A stretch of 62,554 nucleotides of DNA. Origin: Octopus sinensis (lineage: Eukaryota). Shown here one piece after another: positions 12,927-24,529 of this stretch. Position numbers and translations under genes: made by a program. The DNA is taken from contig NW_021834360.1 in the NCBI RefSeq assembly GCF_006345805.1, forward strand, positions 1 to 62,554, read 5' to 3'. The notes beneath the pieces are model-generated. The model saw only the letters and a program-made list of their open reading frames with translations, ran no database searches and was not told the DNA's origin. Every line of letters begins with the position of its first letter. Within the stretch, counting starts at the first letter, position 1.

Positions 12927-13348
12927 ATGTGATATACATCTGGAAAATCCTGGAGGGTCTTGTCCCAAACTTTGGCATTCAAAGTTACCCCAAACGCAGA
13001 ACGGGGCGCCACTGCATGGTGCCAAAGATTCCAACATCACCTTCAAAACAAGGACCAGATACTGCAACAGCTTGGGTTTTAGAGGACCACAGCTCTTTAA
13101 CATCCTCCCTAAATGCCTGAGAGACTTGTATGGTGTGGATGTGGGTTTCTTTAAAACTAAACTGGATCTCTTCTTGTCGGGGGTCCCAGATGAACCTACC
13201 TCGCGACAGGAGACACAGATGCGGGCAGCAACATCGAAATCCCTTTTGACCAGTACCACGTATCAGAGGTGGTTCACATATAGTGTAGCGGTGGTGCCCC
13301 AGTATGGCCGCAGCCTTCGGGTTGAAACATTTTTAAGGATTTAAGGAT
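12927..13348 (+). mobile_element. CR1/L2-group LINE 3' fragment (second family)
   Basis: IYIWKILEGLVPN...GPQLFNILPKCLRDL...FKTKLDLFLSGVPDEP parallels the ORF2 C-terminus at 46310-46580; (tttaagga)n tail; (TA)n upstream. Confidence 0.85.
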
Positions 13349-14324
13349 GTATGTATTTATGTGTGTATGCATATACACATATACACATACATAAGTGTGT
13401 GTCTGTATATGCTTGTCTCTGTGTATCTGTGTATGTGTGTGCGTGTGTGTGTGTATCTGCGCATGTGTGTATGAGTGTACATGTCATATGGTTCAGTTTT
13501 ACACAAAACAAAGCCTGAAAAGGATTGAGGGAACGATAAGCAGGCGTATTAGTTTAATGCTCGAGAAAAAAGGAAACGTCTTTAACCGTTTCAGTTTACG
13601 CTCTTCGACAGAAAGGATTGGAGGAAAAAGATGGAGAGAGAGCGAAAACAAAAGGGGGGGGGGAATGTGTATGAATAATGGTTCAGTATGATGAAATAAC
13701 GGATCAAAACGGTTGCGTGAAAGCGCCTTTGCGTATGCGTTGATGGTGCATGTGTCTATGAATGTGTGAATGAGGGTGTGTGTGTGTACAAGTTTATAAG
13801 TAACCTAGTACAAGGGTTTCTGTGGAGAGATGTGCGTTCGTGTATTCGAGCGCATGTTTGTGCGTACGTAGGGGCGTGTGTATGCGTGTGAGGCTATCGT
13901 GTATATGTGTGCGTATGGGAGTGTGTGTATGTGTAAAAATAAACTTAGTACGTGTGTTTTGCGGAGCGATGCGCGTTTCGTGTATTTGTGTGTGAGTGGT
14001 GCGTGTGTATGAACTTGTGTATATGTGTGTGAGGGGCTATGCACAGTATGTGTGTGAGGTTATCGTGTGTGTGTTTGTCTATTGTGTGGATGTGTCTATA
14101 TGGGTGTGTCTGTGTGGGTGCGTATGCAAACGCTTGTGTGTAGTAGTTCATGCCTGATGGTTCGAGTGGAGCGTGAACATCTTGCTTTTTTAAATTTATC
14201 TGAACTTCACTTTGCATCATCCTATTGATATACACTAATTGATTAGCAGTCTCCCATGATTTCTTTCTGCACCTAATTTGGTCTTCTGGTGAATCTTTCC
14301 CCTTCTTCAGAAAGATAAAACACT

Positions 14325-14335
14325 CATTATTATCA

Positions 14336-14384
<49 letters not shown>

Positions 14385-14494
14385 GATGATGATGATGATG
14401 ATGATCATCATCATCATCATCATCATCATCATTATTATTATTGTTATTGTTATTGTTGTTGTTGTTGTTGCTCTTGTTGTTGTTGTTGTTGTTG

Positions 14495-14526
<32 letters not shown>

Positions 14527-14570
14527 GTTGTTGTTGTTGTTGTTATTATTATCATTATTATCATTATTAT
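14325..14570. repeat. Compound (ATT)/(GAT)/(CAT)/(GTT) microsatellite
   Basis: Direct reading. Confidence 0.95.
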
Positions 14571-14571
14571 T

Positions 14572-16275
14572 GTCTTTGCACAGCTTCTTACGCTGGAGAT
14601 ATACTACTGTGCCAGCTGTTCACTACCTGTGAACTAAGGTAACACCATTTATTTTTCGTTCACAATCAGGAGTATTCGAGCCATTTCAAGCAGTGCTGTT
14701 TTCTGCAAGTAGTCCACCCTTATCGCAGCCCCTATTTGTTCCATGTACGTCTGAAGATTTTTACTCATTGTTTCCAGAGCTCCGGCAGGTATTGGTACAA
14801 CTACCACCTTCTTCATCGGCTACAACAGCTTAACCTCCTTAGCCAGCCTGTCATATCTATGGACTTTTCTTTCTTCCCTATCGCATACCTTGTTGTCAGC
14901 TAGGCATGCTATATCTATGATCCATCATCGTTTGCCTTCTTTCTCAAATAACACTGTCTGGCTTTCTCGTGGTGGCACTGAATCATAAAATCTAATAGGA
15001 TCTTTACATTATCATTTTCGATGATGCCTTCGCTTTTGTGGTTGTACCACTTTTTTGTTCTGTCAAGTTTATATTATTGCAAAGTGTCTAATAGACAAAC
15101 ATTGCTATATTGTCATGAGATCTCATATTCTTCCTGGGATAGTGGCGTACATTGACTGGTAATATGCCATACGGTTTCACCATTTTGTCTACAGATTCTG
15201 CACTTATCAGTTTCTGATGTATTGTCTATTCTGTATTTGATCTAATTCGTTCTTAATGATTGTTCTTGGGCAGCACAGATTAGAGCCTCCGTTTCCCGTT
15301 TTAATCACTTTTAGTCATCCATAGTCATCTTGTTTCTTTGTCTGTTATCTTCAATATCCCTATGAAATTGCCCATGCATTCTTTTCTGTCTGTCTAACCT
15401 GTTTAGTTGATCTGCTGTTCATGCGATTACCTCTGCTTCATAGGTAAGTATGAAACCGCCCAGGTTTTGATAGGTTCAATCTTATTCCGTCTGCTTAATT
15501 TCGACTTAGGGATCAGTATCAGTCTGTGCAAGTACTCCACCTCAATTTTTTCTGTCATTTCTTCCTCCATCACATTATCCATTTCCAATATCCCCAAGCA
15601 CTTATAGTCCGTGTCTTCTATCCGCTTCATAACCTTCCCTGACGGTATTGCTAGCCCGTCCTACATTTGATTATTTTGTTTCTCTTCAACACTAACACGC
15701 CGCTCTCCACTCTTTCTGTCCGAGCTTATTCTGATATCAGCACTGAAAGTATATACCGAATCAACGAGGGAACTGTCTTGGGAGTCACCTTTACCATAAA
15801 GTTTGAGGTCATCCATGAATCACAAGTGGTTGATATTTTGTTGCCGTCTTTTGAATACATACCCAGCCTTTGCCTTCCCCAGAATCAATGTTAGTGGTAT
15901 TATGCACAGTACAAAGATCAGTAGGGACAGGGAATCCCCTTGGAAGATACATCTCCTGATTCCTATTGTACCTAAACGTCTTCCATATGCTGTCAGTTCC
16001 GTCCTCCAATTCGTCATCCTTTTTCCAAGCAATTGCTCAACATTCGATGCAATACGTAATTGGTTCATGCATTCCAAGAATGTGTGATCATATCGTGCAC
16101 TTTACGATAATCGATCCATGTCATGGCCAATTTAGTTTTCCTCCTCTTGCAGTCTTTAAGTACAGTTTTGTTTACCAGTTCATTCTTGCTACCTTTGCTT
16201 TTCAGCTTGCAACCTTTCTGCTCATGTGGCAGGACACCATTTATTTCGCCAGATCCCCGTACATTGACTGTAATA
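14572..16275 (-). mobile_element. R4/Dong-like family B, decayed 5'-truncated copy (RT, zinc knuckle, RLE)
   Basis: IRRCIFQGDSLSLLIFVLCIIPL, INHL, YKCLGILE. The 3' end abuts trinucleotide repeats and matches 2420-3530. Confidence 0.88.
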
Positions 16276-17749
16276 CATAGACTGTATATTATAATACACT
16301 GTTATGGGGATTTTAGAAGCTGATTCGCCAGAGTTATAAATTATATTGTATTGTTTTGTTGTTTGTAAATTGGAGTCTCTAAGACTCATTCCTTTCATAA
16401 AATATCAAAGCTTTCTGATCTGCAATATTAAGGTAAATTTATGTAGTCTTGAGCTCTTAACGGAGATGGTCCTAAATACTTCCGATGTGGCCATTATTTC
16501 GACAGATAGGTTTACTTCAGGATTGTTGTAAACTTTCTCTTCACTTTCATCACAACGCATTCAAAGTTATTCTGGAAGGCAAAAGCTAAAGATGAGTTAG
16601 GTTTTATTAATATCTCCGTTGTTCTCAAATAAGAAATATTTTTTGTTTATAAAGAGGCATAAGTATGTATTTTTCTGGCAGTTTTATTGAAACGGTTTTG
16701 CATCTTTCTCGCAGTTAAATAGTATAACATCTAGTCCGTAGGAGAGGCATTCTTGACACGACTGTTGTTTAAAACTTTTGTCGTTATTATTTATATAGAA
16801 TATATTCTAGGCAGGATTTCAAGACGGGAGATACACTAAGAGTTAATCCACTTTTCCACTTCCTTCTGTGGACACTTCTTCCATTTTGTTATTTTATGTT
16901 TTCTTTTTTTCTTTTGTTATGTGTCTTTTAGGTAATGGACCTGCGTGAATAATATGTGCATCCAAGCAATTAATCCATGGTACTTAAATAGAGAAGTCAA
17001 CAGTCACCTAAAAGGAAAACGTTCTATGATTATTGGTAAAAGTAACAGGGAAAACCATGAGCATTTGCAAAGAGACTAGGAACATATGTCTAAGAATAGG
17101 GCCTTTCCGTGCTTTCTTGTGGGGAAAGACATATAATCCATAAACTACATATTCCTTGACCTGACAGATATTTCTAACCAACATTGCTTCTTATTAAATA
17201 TGTATCAACGTATAAAATCCCACTTTACCTCGTAGCTGATGTCATGATCTTCATCGATTACTGATAGCAAACACATGCGTTTTAAAGATTAATTTTTGTT
17301 ACTTTTTTTACCTGGCTTTTCTCACTTTTTTCTTAAAAGTTATCTCCACAAATTATCATCCGAAGTTGACATTCAATGAATAATTATATAATAGCATTGT
17401 TTAATAATGATTTCTAATGCGATATTGTTTTCCTCACGTAACATTGCTCATAGTAAACTCATGCAAGTTGCATGTGGGCAACTATACATGTAATGTGTAA
17501 GCTTATTCACTGCATAATATATTGACAAATTAAAATAAAATCTATTATGCGCTGAAGGATGAACAACATTTTTTCGTGACTAATATGATATAAGGGTTTG
17601 CATTAGGAAGTACTGGACGGCAATTTAGAGCGTGTTTCATACTCTTTGAGCGGATAGGGCTCTCGGTGTGTATATTATTTGCCCTTATAACCTTAGCAGT
17701 CTGGTGATTTTTGTAGAAGCGGCAGTTGTGTTGGTGGTGGTATTTTCTT

Positions 17750-18110
17750 TTCTGTCACGTTGACACGTTGTTGTTGCTTTATATTACCACTAAACTGATG
17801 CAGATGGAAAATCAGAAAGTTTGGTTGTTTCTTAACTGTATATATGTTTGTATTTTATCTGATACCTATTTTTCTGTGCTCCCGTATTTAAATGTTCAAT
17901 CTATGCAGAGTTCTGCATTGTCGTAAATTGTGTGTTGTCTGAGAAATGTAACATTCTTCACATTCCACTGATGTTATAACATTGATTAGGTTTTCAAAAG
18001 TACAAGTGAAGTTTTTGTTTGCGAAGAGTGAGTTGTCCATGATTGAAACGAATCTCCGATCCTTCTCTTAGGATAAAATATTTTCCACAGTTCAGTTATC
18101 TGCATTATTT
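17750..18110 (-). mobile_element. Penelope-like GIY-YIG relic
   Basis: Minus strand reads EGSEIRFNHGQ...NFTCTFENLINVITSVECEECYISQT...RTLHR, homologous to 6830-7030. Confidence 0.7.
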
Positions 18111-18151
18111 ACTGTTGTATGTGTATGTCTACAGGCATTATATATGTAGTG

Positions 18152-18189
<38 letters not shown>

Positions 18190-18599
18190 ATATAAATCAG
18201 TATATCAATAAGAATATTACATGCTGAATTTCTATTGAGTGCTCCATTGTATAAAGATATTAATACTATTAAAGCATTTATATATTTAATACGAGCGATA
18301 TATACATATATTTTTTGATAATATATTATTCTTATTAATATAAGGAAATTAATATCCAAACTCATCATAAAGATATACCCGTGCGAAAGAAATTATTGTA
18401 TTAAAATATATATAAATAAATAAATACAAGTACATAAATATAATGTATAAAATAAATTTGATTCTCATACTAAAGTATATACAATTTTCACATTTCTAAA
18501 GTAACTATATGAACTACACTGGAATACAAGATAATATGGCGGATTTTGAGTATGAATATTATGGATTATCGAAATAAAATAACCAAGGAAATATATACC

Positions 18600-19248
18600 A
18601 AGTATGGCCGATGGTAATAAATTAAAACCGATGGTTGTGTTTAAGAGAAAAACTGTGCCGAAGGAGATATTTACAAAAAGAATTATCATCCATGTGCATC
18701 CACAAGGATGGATAGAAGATGAGGGTCGTTGTAGAAAATGGATTAAAGATGTTGGGAATTTACGACTTTGTGGAATGCATTGGATGGTACAGAAGACGAT
18801 TGTCTATGGGATGACAAGGATAACGAAGTGGATGATGCGCTACCTCTAAATATGGACAGCGAAGATGATGATGAAGAGAATCCTTACGATGATGCCATTC
18901 ATCCTCATGATTAGGAAGCTTTATTCAGTGCTGAAGATGATAAACAGTGTGATTTTTTAGGATTTTAATAAACTTTTGTGCGTAAAATGATGATATAACA
19001 TAATTATGAGATATAAATTGATTTCACTCTGCTAGTTTGCTAGTCTGTTTGATGCATAAAATTAATATTACTGTAATTCACTTTGTTTTTATTCGCTTAG
19101 AGATCAGGTGGGATTCTGCTTCTGGTACTTGGGATTCTAGCTTGAATTCCAGCCCCTCAAAAGTAGTGTTCATGTAATAGACGACCCCATAAACTTGACC
19201 TTAAAAGATTGTTTAAAATATTCGACTTTCTCACGAGTATATACGGTA
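18600..19248 (+). mobile_element. pogo/Tigger-like DNA transposon relic with right TIR
   Basis: ADGNKLKPMVVFKRKTVPKE...VHPQGW (pogo DDE domain), acidic tail, terminus ...CGAGTATATACGG followed by TA. Confidence 0.8.
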
Positions 19249-19602
19249 TTCCGTCTCAATCACATCATTCGACAAGCTAATCTTCACGTAATTACTTTCC
19301 CAGTGTTTTTATTCCAAATAGGTTTGGACAGTAATGTAGCTTGTAGAGAATATTATGGGACTCGTGTTCCACATCCTGTTACCGTTATTCCAGAAGCTGA
19401 CAGATTAATTCAGATGTAAAATAGCCGATCAGAAATAGAGTTCTTTTCTCTTTGTGTGACATATTCTGAATGAGTTATGATTATATGCAGTGTTTCCAAC
19501 GATGTATGTATCGTTCGTAAAATCAAGCTATTACCTGTTGCTTCATCATTCATTGACATTCCTGCAAACAATGTGTATTCCATGCTACAAGCTCTTGAGT
19601 AG
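19247..19602 (+). pseudogene. PAN/apple + C-type lectin gene copy A, exon 1 (pseudogene)
   Basis: Colinear DNA homologue of 31037-31396 (ACREYYGTR...IPEAD...). In-frame TAA at 19417 and a later TGA; donor gtgagt is mutated to ttgagt; the ATG is lost at the pogo junction. Confidence 0.88.
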
Positions 19603-21774
19603 TATTCTTTTCAAGAGAATGTATTCCATATATTGCTACTGTGTTAGCCATTGTTACACCCTGTTCTAGAAAAACCTATATTCAAAGGCGTTCGAGCTGA
19701 TTCCGTAGTATAAAGTGTCCTTAGTGAAGACGATATCCGTTGTTTGAGAGAAATTTGACTTTTATTTCCAGCAGGACACATGACTACGTAAACGTCCTCA
19801 CATTGGATCATATTGCATATATTGTTGAAGAATAACTATTCTACAAGTCGTTTAATCTGTAATGATCTTAGTTTAAACTAATGCATCATGGTCTTATAAG
19901 TAATCCAGTCTTTTTGCTTTTATCTAAAACAGTAAGACGTTTATTTGAAGGCCATTTGGCTGTTATTTCTAGGATATCTTGTAACCACAGAGACGCTACC
20001 TTTTGGTTCGTATTGCACAAGTGTATTTTGTAGAGGATGGAGCTTTCGTTGTATATTTAGTTGTATATTTAATATACACATGTGTTTCGATAGTTTTATC
20101 ATATCAGATCACATGTATGGATAGATAAGATATGTCCTCTGGTGATATAAAAATATTACACAGTATCATCAAATATCACAAAAATATTTGTTCCAGTAGG
20201 CGTCTCACTAACCAACGGATTAAATCGTGGCCTCTCACATTATGCCTATTCGAAAAGATTCTAGGATTGTACAAAATAATGAGTCTTTAAATAAAATTTG
20301 ATAAAAGTATGTAAGAATTGCTATTCATAATTGTTCAATTAGCATGTTATTACAAATTTTGTATTGGAATGAGATACTGCTCCAAAATAATTTTTCCTTC
20401 ATTCTATGCTATAATAACTGAAGAGTGGTAACAACGGTTTTCCGTAGAATATAGGTATGATGCATACGATTTTTTGAAAATATCGTATAAAGCTTCCACG
20501 GCAAAATAAGTTTGAGGACCATTGTATGAGATACCTTCAAACGCTCCTTGTAAAACAACTAATAATAGCATCAGTAATCAAAGCTCTGAAGGCCTATACA
20601 TACGTAAGCATTTTGTAATTGTTGATTTGAGGAATAGTAGCGTATTGCTTTTCTTTTATCCTTTAAGTTTTCCTTATTTTTAGAGATCCCATGATCGCAG
20701 CTGCACAGTAATATAACTATGTTTTTGACATTTCTTTCCATATATTACTTTCAGAACGTTTTACGTTGCTCCTAAAATTATATGACGTTGTTGTTGCTGT
20801 TGGGGATGAGATTCACTTTGATCGAGAAATTTCCGCCGTAATTATCCCGTCTAGTTTACAGTTCTCTAATAAACATATTATTTAATGTGTTCCCTGCCTA
20901 ACATGAGGATGAGGATGTGATTTCAGGGCGTTTTGATTGATCCTTGAGAAAGATCGAAAGGCAAGAGAGAAATTTCACATCAGTGTGTTTCCGCAAATTT
21001 TATGATTAATAACTTCTCACATAATCTTTTTTTTTAGCCCTATGCTATGGTAGGAAACACACTTTAGCTCATCATACAGTGAGCTTGAACCTGGAACAAC
21101 GTGGTTACTAAGTTGACTTCTTTACACAGCCATGATTGCACTCCATTATAATTCTATTCTAATCAATGTAGCTAGCATAGTGTTCCTACATAACTACTTA
21201 ATTTGGTCATTTATTATAATATTTTTGTTGTTTGTCTCTTACACCTTCATGCATAGTCATCTCTCATAGTTTCGTTCTACTTTCCATTTTCATCACAAAC
21301 TTTCACTCATGCCTTTACTAGATTTCTGCTATTGTATCTAGAAATTTGTGGAAATCGAGAATAGTTATGATTTAATATTTAATATTTCAGTTGATTGATT
21401 ATCCAAATGTTGTCCCACAGTCTTCTGAATACTTTTCCTCTTTCAATTTTAATGTCTCTTATAATTTGTTTTCTTTGAATTAATGTTTTTTTATTTAGCA
21501 ACACATTTTTTTTCTAAATTGTAGCAACAATAAGAAGGCACGAATTCTGAGTTGCATCTATTAATTATTTGGATCACATTACAAGATATGAAGAATGCTA
21601 GAGCGAGAGAGAGAGAGAGAGAGAGAGAGACGGAGAGAAAGAACGGCAGGGAGAGAGAGAGAGAGCGGTACGGGGACACAGAGAAAAGGAGTGAAGAAAA
21701 TACAGAAGAGAGGGTTGGAGGGAGGTGCGGAGAGAGCGAAAGAAATAGGGGGAGACAAGCTGAATAAGAAAGAG

Positions 21775-21810
<36 letters not shown>

Positions 21811-21829
21811 TTATATATATACATATATC

Positions 21830-21858
<29 letters not shown>

Positions 21859-21860
<2 letters not shown>

Positions 21861-22383
21861 AATTTAAAGGACTGACCACTAAAAGTGGACGGTCAACATG
21901 CTAGATATAGACGTCAAAATCACTAATTTCCACGAAGTGAAGGCATTTGAAGGATACACATAAATATAATTTGTTGGGCTCAATGCATGCGGGACTCCGG
22001 TCAAGCATTTTTGTATCTAGTCCTGCAAATTATATTTCTATACGACAGACTATGCTGACGAGATTGCAGTTTTCCACGTATCCATATGCGTGGATATTAA
22101 GAATCGAAACTGATCGGTACATAGGTAATCATTAATATTTCGTATCGTTTGTCTTGCTTATTTTTTACGCTTTGTTTTGTGCTGAGTTTTTATTTGAGAA
22201 CACATTCTTCGTGGAAAATAGCGATTTTGACGTCTATATCTAGCATGTTGACCGTCCACTTTTAGTGGTCAGTCCTTTAAATTTTGTATGTAAAAATATT
22301 TTAATCTTCGGATTTTTTTAATATGCTAGGCCACTGGTTTTAATTGATTAATATCAATTTCTACCCTTATTCAATTTTAAATA

Positions 22384-22385
<2 letters not shown>
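21859..22385 (+). mobile_element. ORF-less hammerhead-bearing element with 79-bp inverted repeat (PLE 5'-inversion-like), between (TA)n tracts
   Basis: 21859-21937 is the reverse complement of 22207-22285; hammerhead at 22050-22124. Confidence 0.78.
22050..22124 (+). ncRNA. Type I hammerhead ribozyme
   Basis: Helix I ctatg/catag; CTGACGA 22055-61; helix II gatt/aatc with inner ccacgta/tgcgtgg hairpin; GAAA 22106-09; helix III ACTG-at-CGGT; GUA 22117-19. Confidence 0.88.
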
Positions 22386-22475
<90 letters not shown>

Positions 22476-22768
22476 CATACGTATATACATACATATATAC
22501 ATACATATATACATATATATAGAGAGAGAGTGAGAGGAGTGGAAGGAAGGGAGAGAGAAGAGAGGGCATAAAGAAAGAGAGTGTTAACAACGTGTGCGTG
22601 CTTGCAGGTACACAAGACTCATACACATTCAAATATAAGTTTTCAGTAAACTTCTAAATAATTGTTTTTAATGTAGGCAACAGAGCAGAAATATGAACAT
22701 ATATTAAGATTGATTATATTGATATAATGATCTAACGCATGAAGTATTTTACCTGACTTCCTAAAACT

Positions 22769-22943
22769 GAAGGTCCTACGTCAGCTGGCTGCACTAACCA
22801 TCCAGAATTTAGATTATGTTTTTGAATAGATCCAATGACATTTTCATGGAATGAAGCTGCAGACATTTGCAGTAAGGACCGAGGTCAACTTATCCACATT
22901 AAAAATTTAGAAGTAATGAAATATCTAAAAACATAGCATCAAC
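22769..22943 (+). pseudogene. Copy A exon 2: N-terminal half of a C-type lectin domain (pseudo-exon, absent from the ORF track)
   Basis: Translates EGPTSAGCTNHPEFRLCF*IDPMTFSWNEAADICSKDRGQLIHIKNLEVMKYLKT*, the CTLD W-x2-A-x3-C-x4-G-x-L pattern. Two stops; splice sites look degraded (ctgagt). Confidence 0.8.
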
Positions 22944-24144
22944 TGAGTGACATTCCATCTTACACAAGCACTCACACAGACACACACTCACACAAACACA
23001 TACTCACACATACATATACACAAACATACACACACATACGTGCACACACACACAAACACACTCTCCCCTCTGTCTCTCTCTATTCCATCTGTCTCCCTCC
23101 CCCTCTCACTCTCACCTGCACAAATGTACATCGTATATATCTAATATCATAAACTGTTTAATAACATTCTTATTTTAAGTCATTCTGCCATGTTGTTAAT
23201 AAATTACCGGCCTTGTTCTAATTTCCCTCTGATATATTCTGTCTACCCTTTGATAATTTCATTTATGCTGAGGGAGTAATGGATAAAATCTCGAATATAA
23301 GCTTTGAAGAAAATCTCGAATATAAGCATTTAATTTCGTACATATATTGTAAAAAAAAAATTATATTATTTATTTCCAATGCGTTAAAAATTATTTAAAT
23401 AATACTTTATTTTTGATTTTGTTCTTTGTAATATAACTAGAAATTCAAATAAAATGCTGAAACAAAGGAAATATTCCGTTACAAATCGTATTGTTATAAA
23501 TTGTTAGATATCTTATGAACTTTAATTTATGTTTAATCAATACGTTTTGTATTATAGAATACCTCTTGGACTATATATATCTTCTTCAGTATTAAAAACG
23601 ACAGCTGTATTAGTTCAAATTAGGGTTCTTTATTACTTGTAAGAGGCAAATTTCTGACAATATGAATATATTTTAAATGAAATGTATCCCTTCAATTTTA
23701 ATTTTCTTTTCAACTAATACATTGCCAATGATTATAGTGCTAATGCTTACAGAGTCGATTAAATTGTTTAACATATTCGTGACAATAATTCTATAAAGCT
23801 CCAGTTATAGAAACGGCTACATCCAGTCTGTTCAATTTTGAATGCATATGTGAACAGACGAAATAAATAATTTACTTGCTTTATTGCTCAGCTCATTACC
23901 ATTCATTAGCAAATATTTAGCACTTCGTTGAATTATATATGTATAAAACATAAAACATGGTAGACGCTAAAGTATTTCCTTACTGTTGCTGAAGTTTTCT
24001 TGCCACACAGCTGGAGAGATTTCAGTATATAGTTTACTAACGTAAATAACAGGAAATTAAATTAAAATAATATATACAGTACGACATGATTCAATGAAGA
24101 GATTATTGTTTCTTACATAGGCATAAAGCCTCAAATGTGACTGC

Positions 24145-24222
<78 letters not shown>

Positions 24223-24529
24223 ATGTCTATGGGGATGAGGGATGATGGCATTTCTCCTATGGACTGCACTATGTTTATTGATCGTGGGTACAAAAAAGGT
24301 TTATCACTGGGAAATTAGTATTATATATATATATAAAGAGAGAGACAGAGAGAGAGAGAAATATGAAAGAAACGTTTGTTACATTTTTGGGCCAATACAC
24401 ATGTCTACAGCTTTTGGTAGTCCGAGTTTGTGAAGTTGTGTGTAAAGGACGCGTTTGTAATGCTGTGTGTGTGTGTGTGTTGTCTGTAGTGGGGTTGGAA
24501 ATAGTTTTTCAATATGAGCATGTTTTAAT

